From Candidatus Multivorans sp. (GTDB lineage Bacteria > Acidobacteriota > Thermoanaerobaculia > Multivoradales > Multivoraceae), in the NCBI GenBank assembly GCA_965247095.1, contig OZ251997.1, positions 128,001-192,000 on the forward strand: a stretch of DNA of 64,000 bases, written 5' to 3'. The translations under genes were made by a program, and so were the position numbers. Positions within the stretch are counted from its first letter, which is position 1. Each line of letters starts with the position of its first letter. The notes beneath the pieces are model-generated. The model ran no database searches. It was given only the letters and a program-made list of their open reading frames with translations, and had not been told where the DNA came from. Positions 31,373 through 41,040 of the stretch are shown here, one piece after another.

Positions 31373-32500
31373 TCAACCGGCGGTCAACCGCTCCTCCGCC
31401 ACCGTCAGCGCCTCGATCCGTTCCCGGTCGACCTCGACGCCCAGGCCCGGGCCGTCCGGCACGTCGACCCAGCCTTCGGCGTCCATCGTCCACTCCGGGG
31501 TCACGATGTCCTGCGCCCAGTAGCGGTTGCTCGGACTCACGTCGCCCGGGATGGTGAAGTTCGGCAGCGACGCCAGCGCCACGTTGTAGGCGCGGCCGAT
31601 GCCGCTTTCGAGCATGCCGCCGCACCACACGGGGATGCCGTTCGCGGCGCACAGGTCGTGGATCGCCCTGGACGCGGTGAAGCCCGCCACCCGGCCGGGC
31701 TTGATGTTGATGATCCTGCCGCTCTCAAGACGGATCATGTCCTCGGCGCGGGCGATGTTCGTGATCGATTCGTCGAGGCAGATCGGCGTCCGCATGCGAC
31801 GTTGAAGTTCGGCGTGGCGGGCCACGTCGTCCCAGGCCAGGGGCTGTTCGACCATGACGAGCTCGAAGTCGTCGAGCCGGAGCAGGTGGTCCGTGTCGTC
31901 GAGGGTGTAGGCGTTGTTCGCGTCGGCCATGAGCGGCGCATCGGGACCGAGCCGGTCGCGGACGGCCCGCAGGTACGGCAGGTCCTGGCCGGGCTTGATC
32001 TTCAGCTTGATCTTCCTGTAGCCGGCGGCAAGCGCCGTCTCGGCCTTCGCCGCCAGTTCCTCGGGCGAGCTCTGTATGCCGATCGAGATGCCGGTGCCGA
32101 TCCGCTTCCGGGTGCCCCCGAGCAACGACGAAAGGCTGCGCCCGGCCTTGGTCGCGGCCAGCGCCCAGGCGCCCATCTCGATCGCGGCCTGTGCCATTTC
32201 GTGGCCGCGCAGGTCCTCCGACAGAGCCTCGGACACCTGCTGAGGCGTTTCGAAGCGCCGGCCGAGCACCCGTGGCGCGAGCCAGGCGCGGATCGCCAGC
32301 GTCGCGGTGTCGATGCTCTCCGGCGAGTAGTTCGGGAAGTCGCCGGCGACGCACTCCGACCAGGTCGAGGCGCCGTCCGCGTCGACGAGTTCCAGCAGCA
32401 AGATGCGGCGGGTGGTCGTGACTCCGGAGGAGATCCGGAAGGGCTCCACCAGCGGCAGCCGGATCTCGCGCAGGGTGATGGTCTCGATCTGCAGGCTCAC
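31373..32500 (-). CDS. menC: o-succinylbenzoate synthase / N-succinylamino acid racemase (NSAR/OSBS)
   Basis: KIKLKIKPG, MADANNAY, EQPL, CLDESI, INIKPGRV, WCGGMLESGIG; GTG start overlapping the GNAT stop. Confidence 0.9.
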   Translation of the reverse strand: MSLQIETITLREIRLPLVEPFRISSGVTTTRRILLLELVDADGASTWSECVAGDFPNYSPESIDTATLAIRAWLAPRVLGRRFETPQQVSEALSEDLRGHEMAQAAIEMGAWALAATKAGRSLSSLLGGTRKRIGTGISIGIQSSPEELAAKAETALAAGYRKIKLKIKPGQDLPYLRAVRDRLGPDAPLMADANNAYTLDDTDHLLRLDDFELVMVEQPLAWDDVARHAELQRRMRTPICLDESITNIARAEDMIRLESGRIINIKPGRVAGFTASRAIHDLCAANGIPVWCGGMLESGIGRAYNVALASLPNFTIPGDVSPSNRYWAQDIVTPEWTMDAEGWVDVPDGPGLGVEVDRERIEALTVAEERLTAG

Positions 32501-33309
32501 TTGGCCTCCGTGGGTTCCAGCCGATAGTAGTAGCGGCGTTGGCCGGCGCCGTCTTCTCGCCAGGTGAGTCCGGTCACGCTGTAGCCGGCCTCCAGGTGCA
32601 CCTGGAACGCCGCCCGAGTCCGGCGCCGCCAGTCGAAGGCAACCTCGGGCGACGAATGCAGGATCGAGCCGATGTTCGGCGGCACCTCGACCCACGCCGT
32701 CTCCGGCAGCGTCTCGTCCACGGGAAAGGGCGGCGCGGCCCGGGTCGGCGTGGCTGCCGGCGCACCAGTGATCAGCCAATCCACCCGTGAACTCAGAATC
32801 GGCCACGCGACGACGAAACGGTCCGTGCCGAGTCCGCTGTGGAGCACGCTGCCCGTGTCCTCGCCGTACATGTTCACGACGTACTCGACCGGCAGCGCGC
32901 CGAGCCGGTTCAGGTTCAGGTTCGCATTGCGCGCCACCAGGGGGTCGTACGTCCAGTAGACCGTCTCGACGCCGAGCGGCAGCAGGAGTTCGCGCTGGAA
33001 GACCTTGAGTTCGCGCCCCAGCCCGCGGCCCCGCGCCTCGCGCGTCACCGCCAGCATGTGCGACCAGTGGGCGCGGCACCCGTACCGGAAGCCGCTCAGG
33101 CCGTAGAGAAAGCCGAGCATCCGGTCGTTTTCGTCGAACGCTCCGACGAGAACGCCGCCCATCTTCTGCGAGATCATCAGGATCGTCGACGGCACCGTGT
33201 CCTCGAAGCGGGTGCCCCAGGTCTGGCGCTGGAGATCGATCACCGCTTCGTAGTCGGCGTCGGAGTTGAGACTTCGGAGTTCGATGCCGCCCGGAAGCTG
33301 CTTGCGCAT
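32497..33309 (-). CDS. GNAT acyltransferase (probable D-amino acid N-succinyltransferase type)
   Basis: HWSHMLAV..RGRGLG..LK..QR..WTYDPL..NA..N..LGA..Y..NMYG..TDRF. Confidence 0.85.
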   Translation of the reverse strand: MRKQLPGGIELRSLNSDADYEAVIDLQRQTWGTRFEDTVPSTILMISQKMGGVLVGAFDENDRMLGFLYGLSGFRYGCRAHWSHMLAVTREARGRGLGRELKVFQRELLLPLGVETVYWTYDPLVARNANLNLNRLGALPVEYVVNMYGEDTGSVLHSGLGTDRFVVAWPILSSRVDWLITGAPAATPTRAAPPFPVDETLPETAWVEVPPNIGSILHSSPEVAFDWRRRTRAAFQVHLEAGYSVTGLTWREDGAGQRRYYYRLEPTEAK

Positions 33310-33353
33310 GGTGGGTGATCGTACAGCGGCCCGAGGCGGAGTAGTTTAGGTGG

Positions 33354-34157
33354 GTGCCCGGAGACGACCTCGGCCGGAAGTTCGCGACGGTTCGGTCGGG
33401 ATCGGCCGACCTCGCGCTGGACCAGGTTCTCGAGCGGCTTCGGAGACGGGATGAAGTCGTCGCGGTCGTCCTGATCGGATCCACGGCCGGTCGGCTCCAG
33501 GAATGGAGCGACATCGATCTGCTCGTCGTGCTCGTGGAAGGGCCGGACTTCGATCTGGAGTTTGCGACGATCGATGGCCGACCGGCGGACATCGTGTTCA
33601 CGAACCCCAAACAGATTCGGCGGCTAGCCGATGCCAGCACGGAACCTGAGGGCCGGCTGGCGGACCTGAACACATGGATCGGCGCCGGGCGAATCGTGCT
33701 CAGCCGCAATGTGGACGCGTACCGGGCGTTGGAAGCGGCCGCCAGCCGTGGTCCCCGGCGCGCGAGCCACCGCGAGCAGTTCTTCAGGTGGGTCGAGCTG
33801 AACGTCAATCTGATCAAGCTCGAGCGCTATCTGGCGGCCGGCACGCCGGAGCACCTCGAAGCTCTACACCTCATGCTGGACCAGGCGTTCGCCGCCCTTC
33901 CGCAGGATGCTCTCGTTCTGGGGGGAACCGGCTGGACGGGTGAGCGCGCGGCGCTGCAGGAGTTGCGCGGCAACGGCGGACAGATCCTCCAGGCGATCGA
34001 GGCGGGTCGGGCCGAGCCCGACGCGGCGCGCCGGCTGGCTATCTACCGGTCAGTTGCTTGCAGAGCAGCGGAACGCGCGGGCGGCGTCTGGGCGGCAGGG
34101 CAGACCGCCGGAGGGTGGGTGCTCGAAGGCGACGGGACAACCGTGAACAGCCGGTAG
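33354..34157 (+). CDS. Nucleotidyltransferase-domain protein
   Basis: VLIGSTAG..WSDIDLLVV (GS..DxD) followed by a helical domain. Confidence 0.75.
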   Translation: MPGDDLGRKFATVRSGSADLALDQVLERLRRRDEVVAVVLIGSTAGRLQEWSDIDLLVVLVEGPDFDLEFATIDGRPADIVFTNPKQIRRLADASTEPEGRLADLNTWIGAGRIVLSRNVDAYRALEAAASRGPRRASHREQFFRWVELNVNLIKLERYLAAGTPEHLEALHLMLDQAFAALPQDALVLGGTGWTGERAALQELRGNGGQILQAIEAGRAEPDAARRLAIYRSVACRAAERAGGVWAAGQTAGGWVLEGDGTTVNSR

Positions 34158-34171
34158 GAGGACCTGTTGAA

Positions 34172-34405
34172 ATGACGTTCTGGAAGAGAACGCAGCTTCT
34201 GCGACAGTCGATCGGCGGGACGCTCATTGCCGCGCTGAGCGGCGTGAGGGTGGGCTGGCGGTTTTGCGAGAACCAGCTCGACTCGCAGTTCTGGGGTGCG
34301 GTGGTCCTGTTGATGCTCGGCGTGGCGATGACTGTTCAGGCGGTTCTGAAGATGGAACCCAAGCGCGACGGGCCGGTGAACGGGCATGGGGAAGGAAGCG
34401 GGTGA
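34172..34405 (+). CDS. Small two-TM membrane protein
   Basis: AGGAGG upstream, two hydrophobic segments, GTGA overlap with the next gene. Confidence 0.55.
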   Translation: MTFWKRTQLLRQSIGGTLIAALSGVRVGWRFCENQLDSQFWGAVVLLMLGVAMTVQAVLKMEPKRDGPVNGHGEGSG

Positions 34406-36285
34406 CAGAACGTCGCAAGAAGTACCTCCGGTTCGCCTATCCGATCCTCGGCGTGTTTTGGCTGTGGTTCGGTTGGTCGGCCGGGGAGCGGTCTGACCCG
34501 ATGGCAATGTGGGCCGCTCTTGCCGCGGGTGTCGTGCATCTGGCCGCTGGTGTTCACTTTGAGTGGAAGATCAGGCGGGACAGGAGGCTGGCGGAGCTGA
34601 GGGCGGAGGAGGGCGACGACGACAGTAGTGCCGGACACTGGTGGGCCGGAGACGAGTCTCAACGGGAGCTGGGCAGTGGGGCGGCCGCTTTACCCACGGG
34701 GAACGGCCCGACTGGCGGCAGGAGAGGGTTGTTCGCATTGATCCTGACCGTGGTCCGCCTCCGCGGTCTGGCCGGCTGGCGCAAGGCGCTGAGCGAGAAG
34801 GGGAAGCTGGTCTTCGGCGTCCTGGTGGCCGGATTCCTGATCGTGAACTACACGTTCAGCCTGAGGAGCATGGAGGAAGCGCCGTTCGAGAACTCGCCCG
34901 TGGACATTCTGTTCGTGTTCATGTCGTTCTTCGTCCTGCTGACGATGCTTCAGATGGCGCCTCTGGCGCAGTGGTTCAGCCGGCAGCAGGGGGCGAAGTT
35001 CGGGCTCACGGTTGGACGGCGTACGGCCCTGACGGTGGGCACGAACCTGGTTGGTCTGGCGATGGTTCTGGTGTTGCTGAACGAGTCCCTGGCGCTGGTG
35101 TTCTCGGGGGCCGGCTGGCCCCGGGGAGCGGAATGGGTGTTCGAGGGCATGGATGTGGTCTGCGCCGTGGCGGCTCTGGTTGCGGCCGCCCCGCTGGGAG
35201 CCGTGATCCTGGGCGCTCGTGGGGGCAGGCGTTGGCTCGGAGCTGGACTCGGGCTCGTGCTCCTCGGTGTGCTCGGCGCGAGCGCGGTGGAGCCGCTGTG
35301 GGCTGGTGCCGATCTGTGGGCGAAGGCGGCTGTGAGCGGTGGGCGGCTTGTCCTCCTCCTGGCCTTGGTGACCGGAGCCTTCGCGTTGGAGCAGCGCAGC
35401 CCTGACGATCGGGGCGCGAAGACGAAGAAGCGTGGTCGCCGGCAGGCGGAAGAAGATGCGCCGGCCGGGAAGCGGCCCGGCTGGGCAGCGCTGCGGCGGC
35501 GCACCGCGGCCTTGGATCGTGCGCCCGCGGGTATCTTGTCCCTGCCTACGTTCGTCGTGGCGCTGGCGGAAGCGCGGATGATGCTCCGCTTCCGGCAGGT
35601 GCGCCTGAACCTGGTCTTCAGTTGGTTGATGCCGGTGTTGATGTCGATCGTCCTTCGCACGAGGGAACTGCCGGACGACGGGACGGCGGTCGGGCAGTTC
35701 GGGTTGTGGATGGCGGCCGGCCTCGCGGCCTTCCTCTCGGCGTTCTGGATCGCCTTCTTCGCCAACCTGCTTGGATTCACGGCGGACGGCGCCCGGCGGC
35801 TCTCGATGTCGGCCGAGCGGGCGCTCGCCGCCTGCATGCCCGGCAAGGTGCTGGGCGCCCTCGGCGTGGTCGGTGGTCTCGTGTTCGCGCAGACGGCGGT
35901 GGTGATTGTGCTGCTGGCCGACCAGATTTCGCCGGCCGACCGGGCGATTCCGTTCTTCGTGGCCGCGTTCTCGTTGCTCGGTCTGGCCGGCGGTGGAACG
36001 GTGGTCTCGATCTGGCAGCCCAGGAAGCCGAAGCTGCACGAGCAGCGCGACTTCTACTGCAGCGTGCTGGCAATGGCGGTGCTCGGGTGTGGGTGGCTGT
36101 TTCAGGTGGCGATCTTCGGCAGCGCGCTGGTTGCGGCGCGACTGCTCGGCGGCCCGGGGGTCGCCATGGTGACGGCGACGGTGCTGCTGCTGTTCGCGGC
36201 GGCAGGATGTGCGGCCCTGGTGGCCGTGTTGGCGAAGGGCGACTGGCTGCGTCGGCGGCTGAGGGAGTGGGCGGTGACGATATGA
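34402..36285 (+). CDS. Multi-pass membrane protein, putative ABC exporter permease
   Basis: More than 12 hydrophobic segments; ATGA overlap with the ABC ATPase. Confidence 0.7.
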   Translation: MTERRKKYLRFAYPILGVFWLWFGWSAGERSDPMAMWAALAAGVVHLAAGVHFEWKIRRDRRLAELRAEEGDDDSSAGHWWAGDESQRELGSGAAALPTGNGPTGGRRGLFALILTVVRLRGLAGWRKALSEKGKLVFGVLVAGFLIVNYTFSLRSMEEAPFENSPVDILFVFMSFFVLLTMLQMAPLAQWFSRQQGAKFGLTVGRRTALTVGTNLVGLAMVLVLLNESLALVFSGAGWPRGAEWVFEGMDVVCAVAALVAAAPLGAVILGARGGRRWLGAGLGLVLLGVLGASAVEPLWAGADLWAKAAVSGGRLVLLLALVTGAFALEQRSPDDRGAKTKKRGRRQAEEDAPAGKRPGWAALRRRTAALDRAPAGILSLPTFVVALAEARMMLRFRQVRLNLVFSWLMPVLMSIVLRTRELPDDGTAVGQFGLWMAAGLAAFLSAFWIAFFANLLGFTADGARRLSMSAERALAACMPGKVLGALGVVGGLVFAQTAVVIVLLADQISPADRAIPFFVAAFSLLGLAGGGTVVSIWQPRKPKLHEQRDFYCSVLAMAVLGCGWLFQVAIFGSALVAARLLGGPGVAMVTATVLLLFAAAGCAALVAVLAKGDWLRRRLREWAVTI

Positions 36286-37004
36286 CAACGATGTTGTGGC
36301 TCGATTCGGTCAGCAAGTCCTACGGCGATCTGGAAGTTCTGCGCTCGGTGAACCTGCAGATCGGGTCCGGTGTGCAGTGCCTGGTGGGGCGGAACGGCGC
36401 GGGCAAGACGACGCTGATGCGCCTCGGCCTCGGTTTGACCGAGCCGAACGGCGGCACGGTCCGGATGTTCGGGTTCGATCCGCGCCTCCATCCGGAGATC
36501 ATGGCCAAGGTCGGCATCCTGCTCGAGGAGGACGAACTCTTCGATTTCCTGCGGCCGCTCGAGTTCCTGGACTACTGCGCCGCCCTGTACGGCCTGGACG
36601 CCGGCGCGGCGCGCGGTCGTGCGCTCGATCTCCTGGAGACGCTCGAGGTCCCCACCTCCGGCCGGCTGTGCCACCAGCTTTCGACCGGCAATCGCCGGCA
36701 GCTGGCTCTCGCCGCGGCGCTGTTGCACGAACCGGAGTTGCTGATTCTGGACGAGCCGTTCAGCGGCCTCGACCCGGTCGCGGTCGCGCGGTTGTGCCGA
36801 ATGCTGCGGGACTTCGCCGCCGACGGTCGCGGGGTTCTGCTGTCGTCGCACCGCCTCGAACTCGTCGAGGAGATCGCGGACCAGGTCTACTTCGTGGCCG
36901 ACCGCGCGGTGACTCCGTGGTCGGCGGAGCGCGTCAAGGCCTGGTACGACGAACTACGGGCTGTCGGCGCAGGCGAGCGGCCTCAGGTCGAGGCCACCGA
37001 CTGA
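36282..37004 (+). CDS. ABC transporter ATP-binding protein
   Basis: GRNGAGKTT, LSTGNRR, LILDEPFSGLD, LLSSH. Confidence 0.93.
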   Translation: MTTMLWLDSVSKSYGDLEVLRSVNLQIGSGVQCLVGRNGAGKTTLMRLGLGLTEPNGGTVRMFGFDPRLHPEIMAKVGILLEEDELFDFLRPLEFLDYCAALYGLDAGAARGRALDLLETLEVPTSGRLCHQLSTGNRRQLALAAALLHEPELLILDEPFSGLDPVAVARLCRMLRDFAADGRGVLLSSHRLELVEEIADQVYFVADRAVTPWSAERVKAWYDELRAVGAGERPQVEATD

Positions 37005-37005
37005 G

Positions 37006-38436
37006 CTACCCGACGGCCGCCTGCTGGAAGGCCCGGGCGCGGAACAGGAAGTCGATGATGTTCCCTTCGTGGGGCTGCAGCCAGTTGAGCTGAATCGTCG
37101 GCACGGGCCCCAGGTTCAGGCGGTCGACGTGGGTGGCGTCGATCAGTTGCCGGCGCCAGCGCTCGTCGTTCGTGATTGCGCTGCACACCAGGGTGCCGCC
37201 GATCGAGGCAAGCATCTTGTCCTGCGGGCATTCGACGACGGAGACGAAGGGGAACATGTACTCGACGTTCGCGGCCTCCACCTCGGCGTCCGCGCAGTGG
37301 AGCACGGTCGGCAGCAGGTAGTCGCAGCGGCCGCGCGCGTCGAGCCGTCCGTTGCCGCGCAGCTCCGACGTGAAGTCGCGTACGCCGGGGGCGTCGACCT
37401 GCCGCTCGATCATGCCGTCGATGGCCTTCGCCATGCCCGGCACGGTGAAGGCGGCCAGCGGCGATTCCGGGTCGTCGGCCGCCTTCGGCAGCACCGGCGC
37501 CAGCCGCTCGGCGAGAGCCTGGGCGATCTCTTCCGTGTGGCGCGAGGCCCAGACGCCGGAGCAGGAGATGCAGCTCCGGCCGCTGTTGACGAGCACGCTG
37601 TCGACCATCACGTCGAGATACTTCTCCCAGTCGTCGACGACATCGTCGCCGAGCAGGATCTTGCTGAAGCCGGGGCCGTGGGGCTGGACCCGGGGGTCGT
37701 TCTGATAGCGGGCGACGGTGGCCGCGCCGCCGAAGATCATGCTTCGGGAGCAGGAGGCGAGAACGGCCGCGCCGATGTCGCCTTCGCCCGGGTAGATCGA
37801 GATGGCTTCCCTCGGCACGCCGGCCTGTGCGAACGCCTCGGTCATCCGGTACGGGGTCCAGGGTTCCTGGGGGCCCGGCTTGAAGACGAGGCCGACCTGG
37901 AGCGGAATGACCGGCATCCACAGCGTGTGCACGCCCGGGGAGTTCGAGGGCAGCACGAGGCCGATCACCGGTGCCTGCGCCTGGTAGCTCACCGGTACGC
38001 CACGCTCCTCGACGCCGTGGCCCCGGCCGAGGATGTCGAGGTCGAGACCGCGGGTGAGAGCGTCCAGGACCTCGCCCATGTGCGTGAGCACGAAGTGGTT
38101 CTTGTCCATGTTCGCCCGGCACATGTGCTCGGGCAGGCCGGTGGTGGCCGACTGGTAGTGGACGAAGTCCGCGGGAGACTGGGTGCCGTTCCCCAGCGGC
38201 AGGTCCGCGGTCAGGTAGAGGTCGGCGGCCCTGGTCACCATCGAGATCAGCTCATGCGACGGGATCTCCCGCAGGATGTCGCGGGCGTGCTGGGCGCGGC
38301 GCATATCGCGCTGGACCAGGCCGGGGTTGCTCTGGTGGAGCGCCGCCAGCTCCTCGCCGGTCTCGAAATGGACGATCGTCGCCTTCTCGAGCGACTCGTA
38401 GGGCTTGCCCCAGCGGATGGCGGGAATGTCGATCAT
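37006..38436 (-). CDS. Aldehyde dehydrogenase/acyl-reductase-like protein (GriD/LuxC-like)
   Basis: PSNSPGVH, KPG..EPWTP, HGPGFSK, NSGRSCISCS catalytic Cys, EYMFPFVSV. Confidence 0.82.
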   Translation of the reverse strand: MIDIPAIRWGKPYESLEKATIVHFETGEELAALHQSNPGLVQRDMRRAQHARDILREIPSHELISMVTRAADLYLTADLPLGNGTQSPADFVHYQSATTGLPEHMCRANMDKNHFVLTHMGEVLDALTRGLDLDILGRGHGVEERGVPVSYQAQAPVIGLVLPSNSPGVHTLWMPVIPLQVGLVFKPGPQEPWTPYRMTEAFAQAGVPREAISIYPGEGDIGAAVLASCSRSMIFGGAATVARYQNDPRVQPHGPGFSKILLGDDVVDDWEKYLDVMVDSVLVNSGRSCISCSGVWASRHTEEIAQALAERLAPVLPKAADDPESPLAAFTVPGMAKAIDGMIERQVDAPGVRDFTSELRGNGRLDARGRCDYLLPTVLHCADAEVEAANVEYMFPFVSVVECPQDKMLASIGGTLVCSAITNDERWRRQLIDATHVDRLNLGPVPTIQLNWLQPHEGNIIDFLFRARAFQQAAVG

Positions 38437-38545
38437 TCGGGGTACCTGTAGCCGGTCCGCAGGGGGGGCGGAGGAGTGGTCGAAAGCAGCGGCGGAAGAG
38501 GCGGAATCGTAACACCGGGAACCTGCAACCGGACCGGCCCTGCGC

Positions 38546-38637
38546 GCCGGATGCGGGCAAGATGCCCGCGTTCCCAGGCCCAGAGGCTGCATCGTCCTGC
38601 GGTGCGCCGGATGCGGCAGGATGCCCGCGTTCCCAGG
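38546..38637 (-). repeat. Two tandem short copies of the dispersed hairpin repeat (38546-38578, 38606-38637)
   Basis: Reverse complement CCTGGGAACGCGGGCATCTTGCCCGCATCCGGC and a near copy. Confidence 0.88.
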
Positions 38638-38663
38638 GGTGCCGGCTGTTAGCCTAAGCGCCG

Positions 38664-39227
38664 ATGGAGGATCGGCGGACCGTTCTCAAGTCGGCCCTGG
38701 CCCTGGGCCTGGGCGTGCGCGGCCTCGATGTGCTTCACGCGCAGGCGGACGATCCCCGCAAGGCCCGGCCGCAGGAGGGCGACCGGTTCGTGTTCGCCTT
38801 CGGACCGCGCCAGGGCGAGGCGGTCCAGGCCGCCGACGTGCCGCTCGCGAGCGAACAACTCATCTGCTACGCGATGGACCCGGTGAGCGGAGCGGTCCGG
38901 GACGGTTCCCGTCTGAACCAGGTCCTGCTGCTGCGCTTCGAACCGGAGTCGCTGTCGCCCGAAACCAGGGAGGCTTCCGCCGAGGGGGTGGTCGCCTACT
39001 CGGGGGTCTGCACCCATACCGGTTGCGACATCGAGGATTGGTCCCAGGAAACGGAGTTCCTCATCTGTCCGTGCCACGACTCGGAATTCGACCCCCGCTA
39101 CCGCGCCGAAGTGATCTCCGGACCGGCGCCGCGGCGGCTGCCGTCGCTGCCGCTTCGCTCGGAGGACGGCGTGCTCGTGGCCGCCGGCGGTTTCAGCGCC
39201 AAGATCCGGTTCCAGAAGGAGTTCTGA
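38664..39227 (+). CDS. Tat-exported Rieske [2Fe-2S] protein
   Basis: DRRTVLK Tat motif; CTHTGC and CPCHDSEF. Confidence 0.92.
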   Translation: MEDRRTVLKSALALGLGVRGLDVLHAQADDPRKARPQEGDRFVFAFGPRQGEAVQAADVPLASEQLICYAMDPVSGAVRDGSRLNQVLLLRFEPESLSPETREASAEGVVAYSGVCTHTGCDIEDWSQETEFLICPCHDSEFDPRYRAEVISGPAPRRLPSLPLRSEDGVLVAAGGFSAKIRFQKEF

Positions 39228-39229
39228 CG

Positions 39230-40942
39230 ATGGCCTACCGGCAAGCAATCCTCCGATGTGGAGCCGCCTGGCTCGCGCTTGGTGCGGCGCTCGCGCCCGC
39301 GGCGGCTCAGGAGCGCGGCTATCGCCCGGTGACCCAGGAGCGGCTCTTGTCGCCAGAGCCCGGGAACTGGCTCATGTACCGGCGTACCTACGACGGCTGG
39401 GGTTACAGCCCGCTGGATCAGATCGACACCTCGAACGTCGCTTCGCTCGCCCCGGCCTGGACCTTCTCGACCAGCATCAACGAGGGCCATCAGTCGCCGC
39501 CGGTCGTCAACGACGGCACGCTCTTCGTCACCACTCCCGGAAGCCGCGTGCTGGCGCTCGACGCCCGGACGGGCGAGCTGCTGTGGCGCTTCGTGCCCGA
39601 ATTGCCGGAGGATCTCCAGCAGATGCACCCGACGAACCGAGGCGTCGCGCTGTGGGGAGACAAGGTGTTCGTGGCAACCGTCGACGCTCGCTTGATCGCG
39701 CTCGACGCGCGGACGGGGAAGGTGGCCTGGGAGACGGCGGTGGAGAACTACGCGCGCGGCTACTACATGACGCTGGCGCCGCTGGCGGTCGAGGGCAAGG
39801 TGATGGTCGGCGTCTCCGGCGGCGAGTGGGGTATTCGCGGCTTCGTCGCCGCCTACGACGCGGATACCGGCGATGAACTGTGGAAGACGTACACGATTCC
39901 CGGCCCGGGGGAACCCGGCCACGACAGTTGGCCCGGGGACACCTGGCGCACCGGCGGTGTCCCGGTCTGGGTCACCGGCACCTACGACCCGGAACTGCGC
40001 TTGACCTACTGGGGCACGGGCAACGGCGGCCCGTGGATGGGCGACGCCCGCCCCGGCGACAACCTGTACTCGACTTCCGTGCTGGCGCTCGACATCGACA
40101 CCGGCGAACTCAAGGCGCACCACCAGTACCACTGGAACGACAGTTGGGACTGGGACGAGGTCGATCCGCCGCTCCTGATCGATGTCGAGCGCGACGGCAG
40201 CACGCGCAAGGCGTTGGTCCATCCCGGTCGCAACGCCTACCTCTGGGTGCTGGAGCGGAGCAAGGACTCGATCGACTTCCTGGACGCGACGCGGTTCGTC
40301 TACCAGGACGTGTTCACGTCGATCGACCCCGAGACCGGGCGGCCCGAGTACGACCCGGCCAAGACGCCGGGCACCGGCCAGCGCGCCGTGTTCTGCCCGT
40401 CCTGGTCCGGCGGCAAGAACTGGCCTCCGGCCGCTTACAACCCGGACACGAAACTGCTCTACATCCCGGCCAACGAGTACACCTGCTCCTACCTCGAGGG
40501 CGTCGAGGAGGAGTACCGCCCGGGCCGTACCTTCATGGGCATGGACGGCGGCTTCGTGTCGCGCGAGGGCGCCGATCACTACGGCGAACTGCAGGCGTGG
40601 AACCTCGACACGCGGGAGAAGGCGTGGACGGTCGAGTTCGAGCGCCCACTCTGGGGGCCGGTGCTGACCACGTCCGGCGGTCTGGTGTTCATTGGCGGCA
40701 CCAGCGACCGCTACTTCCGGGCCTTCGATGCCGCGACCGGCGAGTTGCTGTGGCGCCAGCGGACGAACTCCGGGATCACGGGTGTGCCCACGTCCTTCGA
40801 GGTCGACGGCGTGCAGTACATCGCCGTGCAGTCGGGCTGGGGAGTCGACGCCCAGCGCGGCACCGACCACCTTGACGGTGCGATTGGCACGAAGACCTAC
40901 GTGCCCCAGGGCGGCGTGCTCTGGGTCTTCGCGCTGCCGTAG
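39230..40942 (+). CDS. PQQ-dependent dehydrogenase, methanol/ethanol family
   Basis: NWLMYRRTYDGWGYSPLDQI, W-motif beta-propeller repeats, YWGTGN, DSWDWD, GVQYIAVQSGWG. Confidence 0.92.
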   Translation: MAYRQAILRCGAAWLALGAALAPAAAQERGYRPVTQERLLSPEPGNWLMYRRTYDGWGYSPLDQIDTSNVASLAPAWTFSTSINEGHQSPPVVNDGTLFVTTPGSRVLALDARTGELLWRFVPELPEDLQQMHPTNRGVALWGDKVFVATVDARLIALDARTGKVAWETAVENYARGYYMTLAPLAVEGKVMVGVSGGEWGIRGFVAAYDADTGDELWKTYTIPGPGEPGHDSWPGDTWRTGGVPVWVTGTYDPELRLTYWGTGNGGPWMGDARPGDNLYSTSVLALDIDTGELKAHHQYHWNDSWDWDEVDPPLLIDVERDGSTRKALVHPGRNAYLWVLERSKDSIDFLDATRFVYQDVFTSIDPETGRPEYDPAKTPGTGQRAVFCPSWSGGKNWPPAAYNPDTKLLYIPANEYTCSYLEGVEEEYRPGRTFMGMDGGFVSREGADHYGELQAWNLDTREKAWTVEFERPLWGPVLTTSGGLVFIGGTSDRYFRAFDAATGELLWRQRTNSGITGVPTSFEVDGVQYIAVQSGWGVDAQRGTDHLDGAIGTKTYVPQGGVLWVFALP

Positions 40943-41040
40943 CCACCGTAGCCGGCGAAGTCCTGATCATTCGCGCGTGCGCGCGTTGCTGTAATCTGCC
41001 GCCGCGAAAGGAACTGCGACGCCGTTCCCCCGTCCACCCC

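Noticed and set aside
31373-33817. 814-aa MenC fusion
   Set aside because: The upstream part overlaps the GNAT and NTase genes out of frame or antisense; only 31373-32500 has enolase-superfamily motifs
38621-40942. Rieske-PQQ dehydrogenase fusion
   Set aside because: The Rieske gene is in another frame with its own stop at 39227; the PQQ gene has its own start and signal peptide
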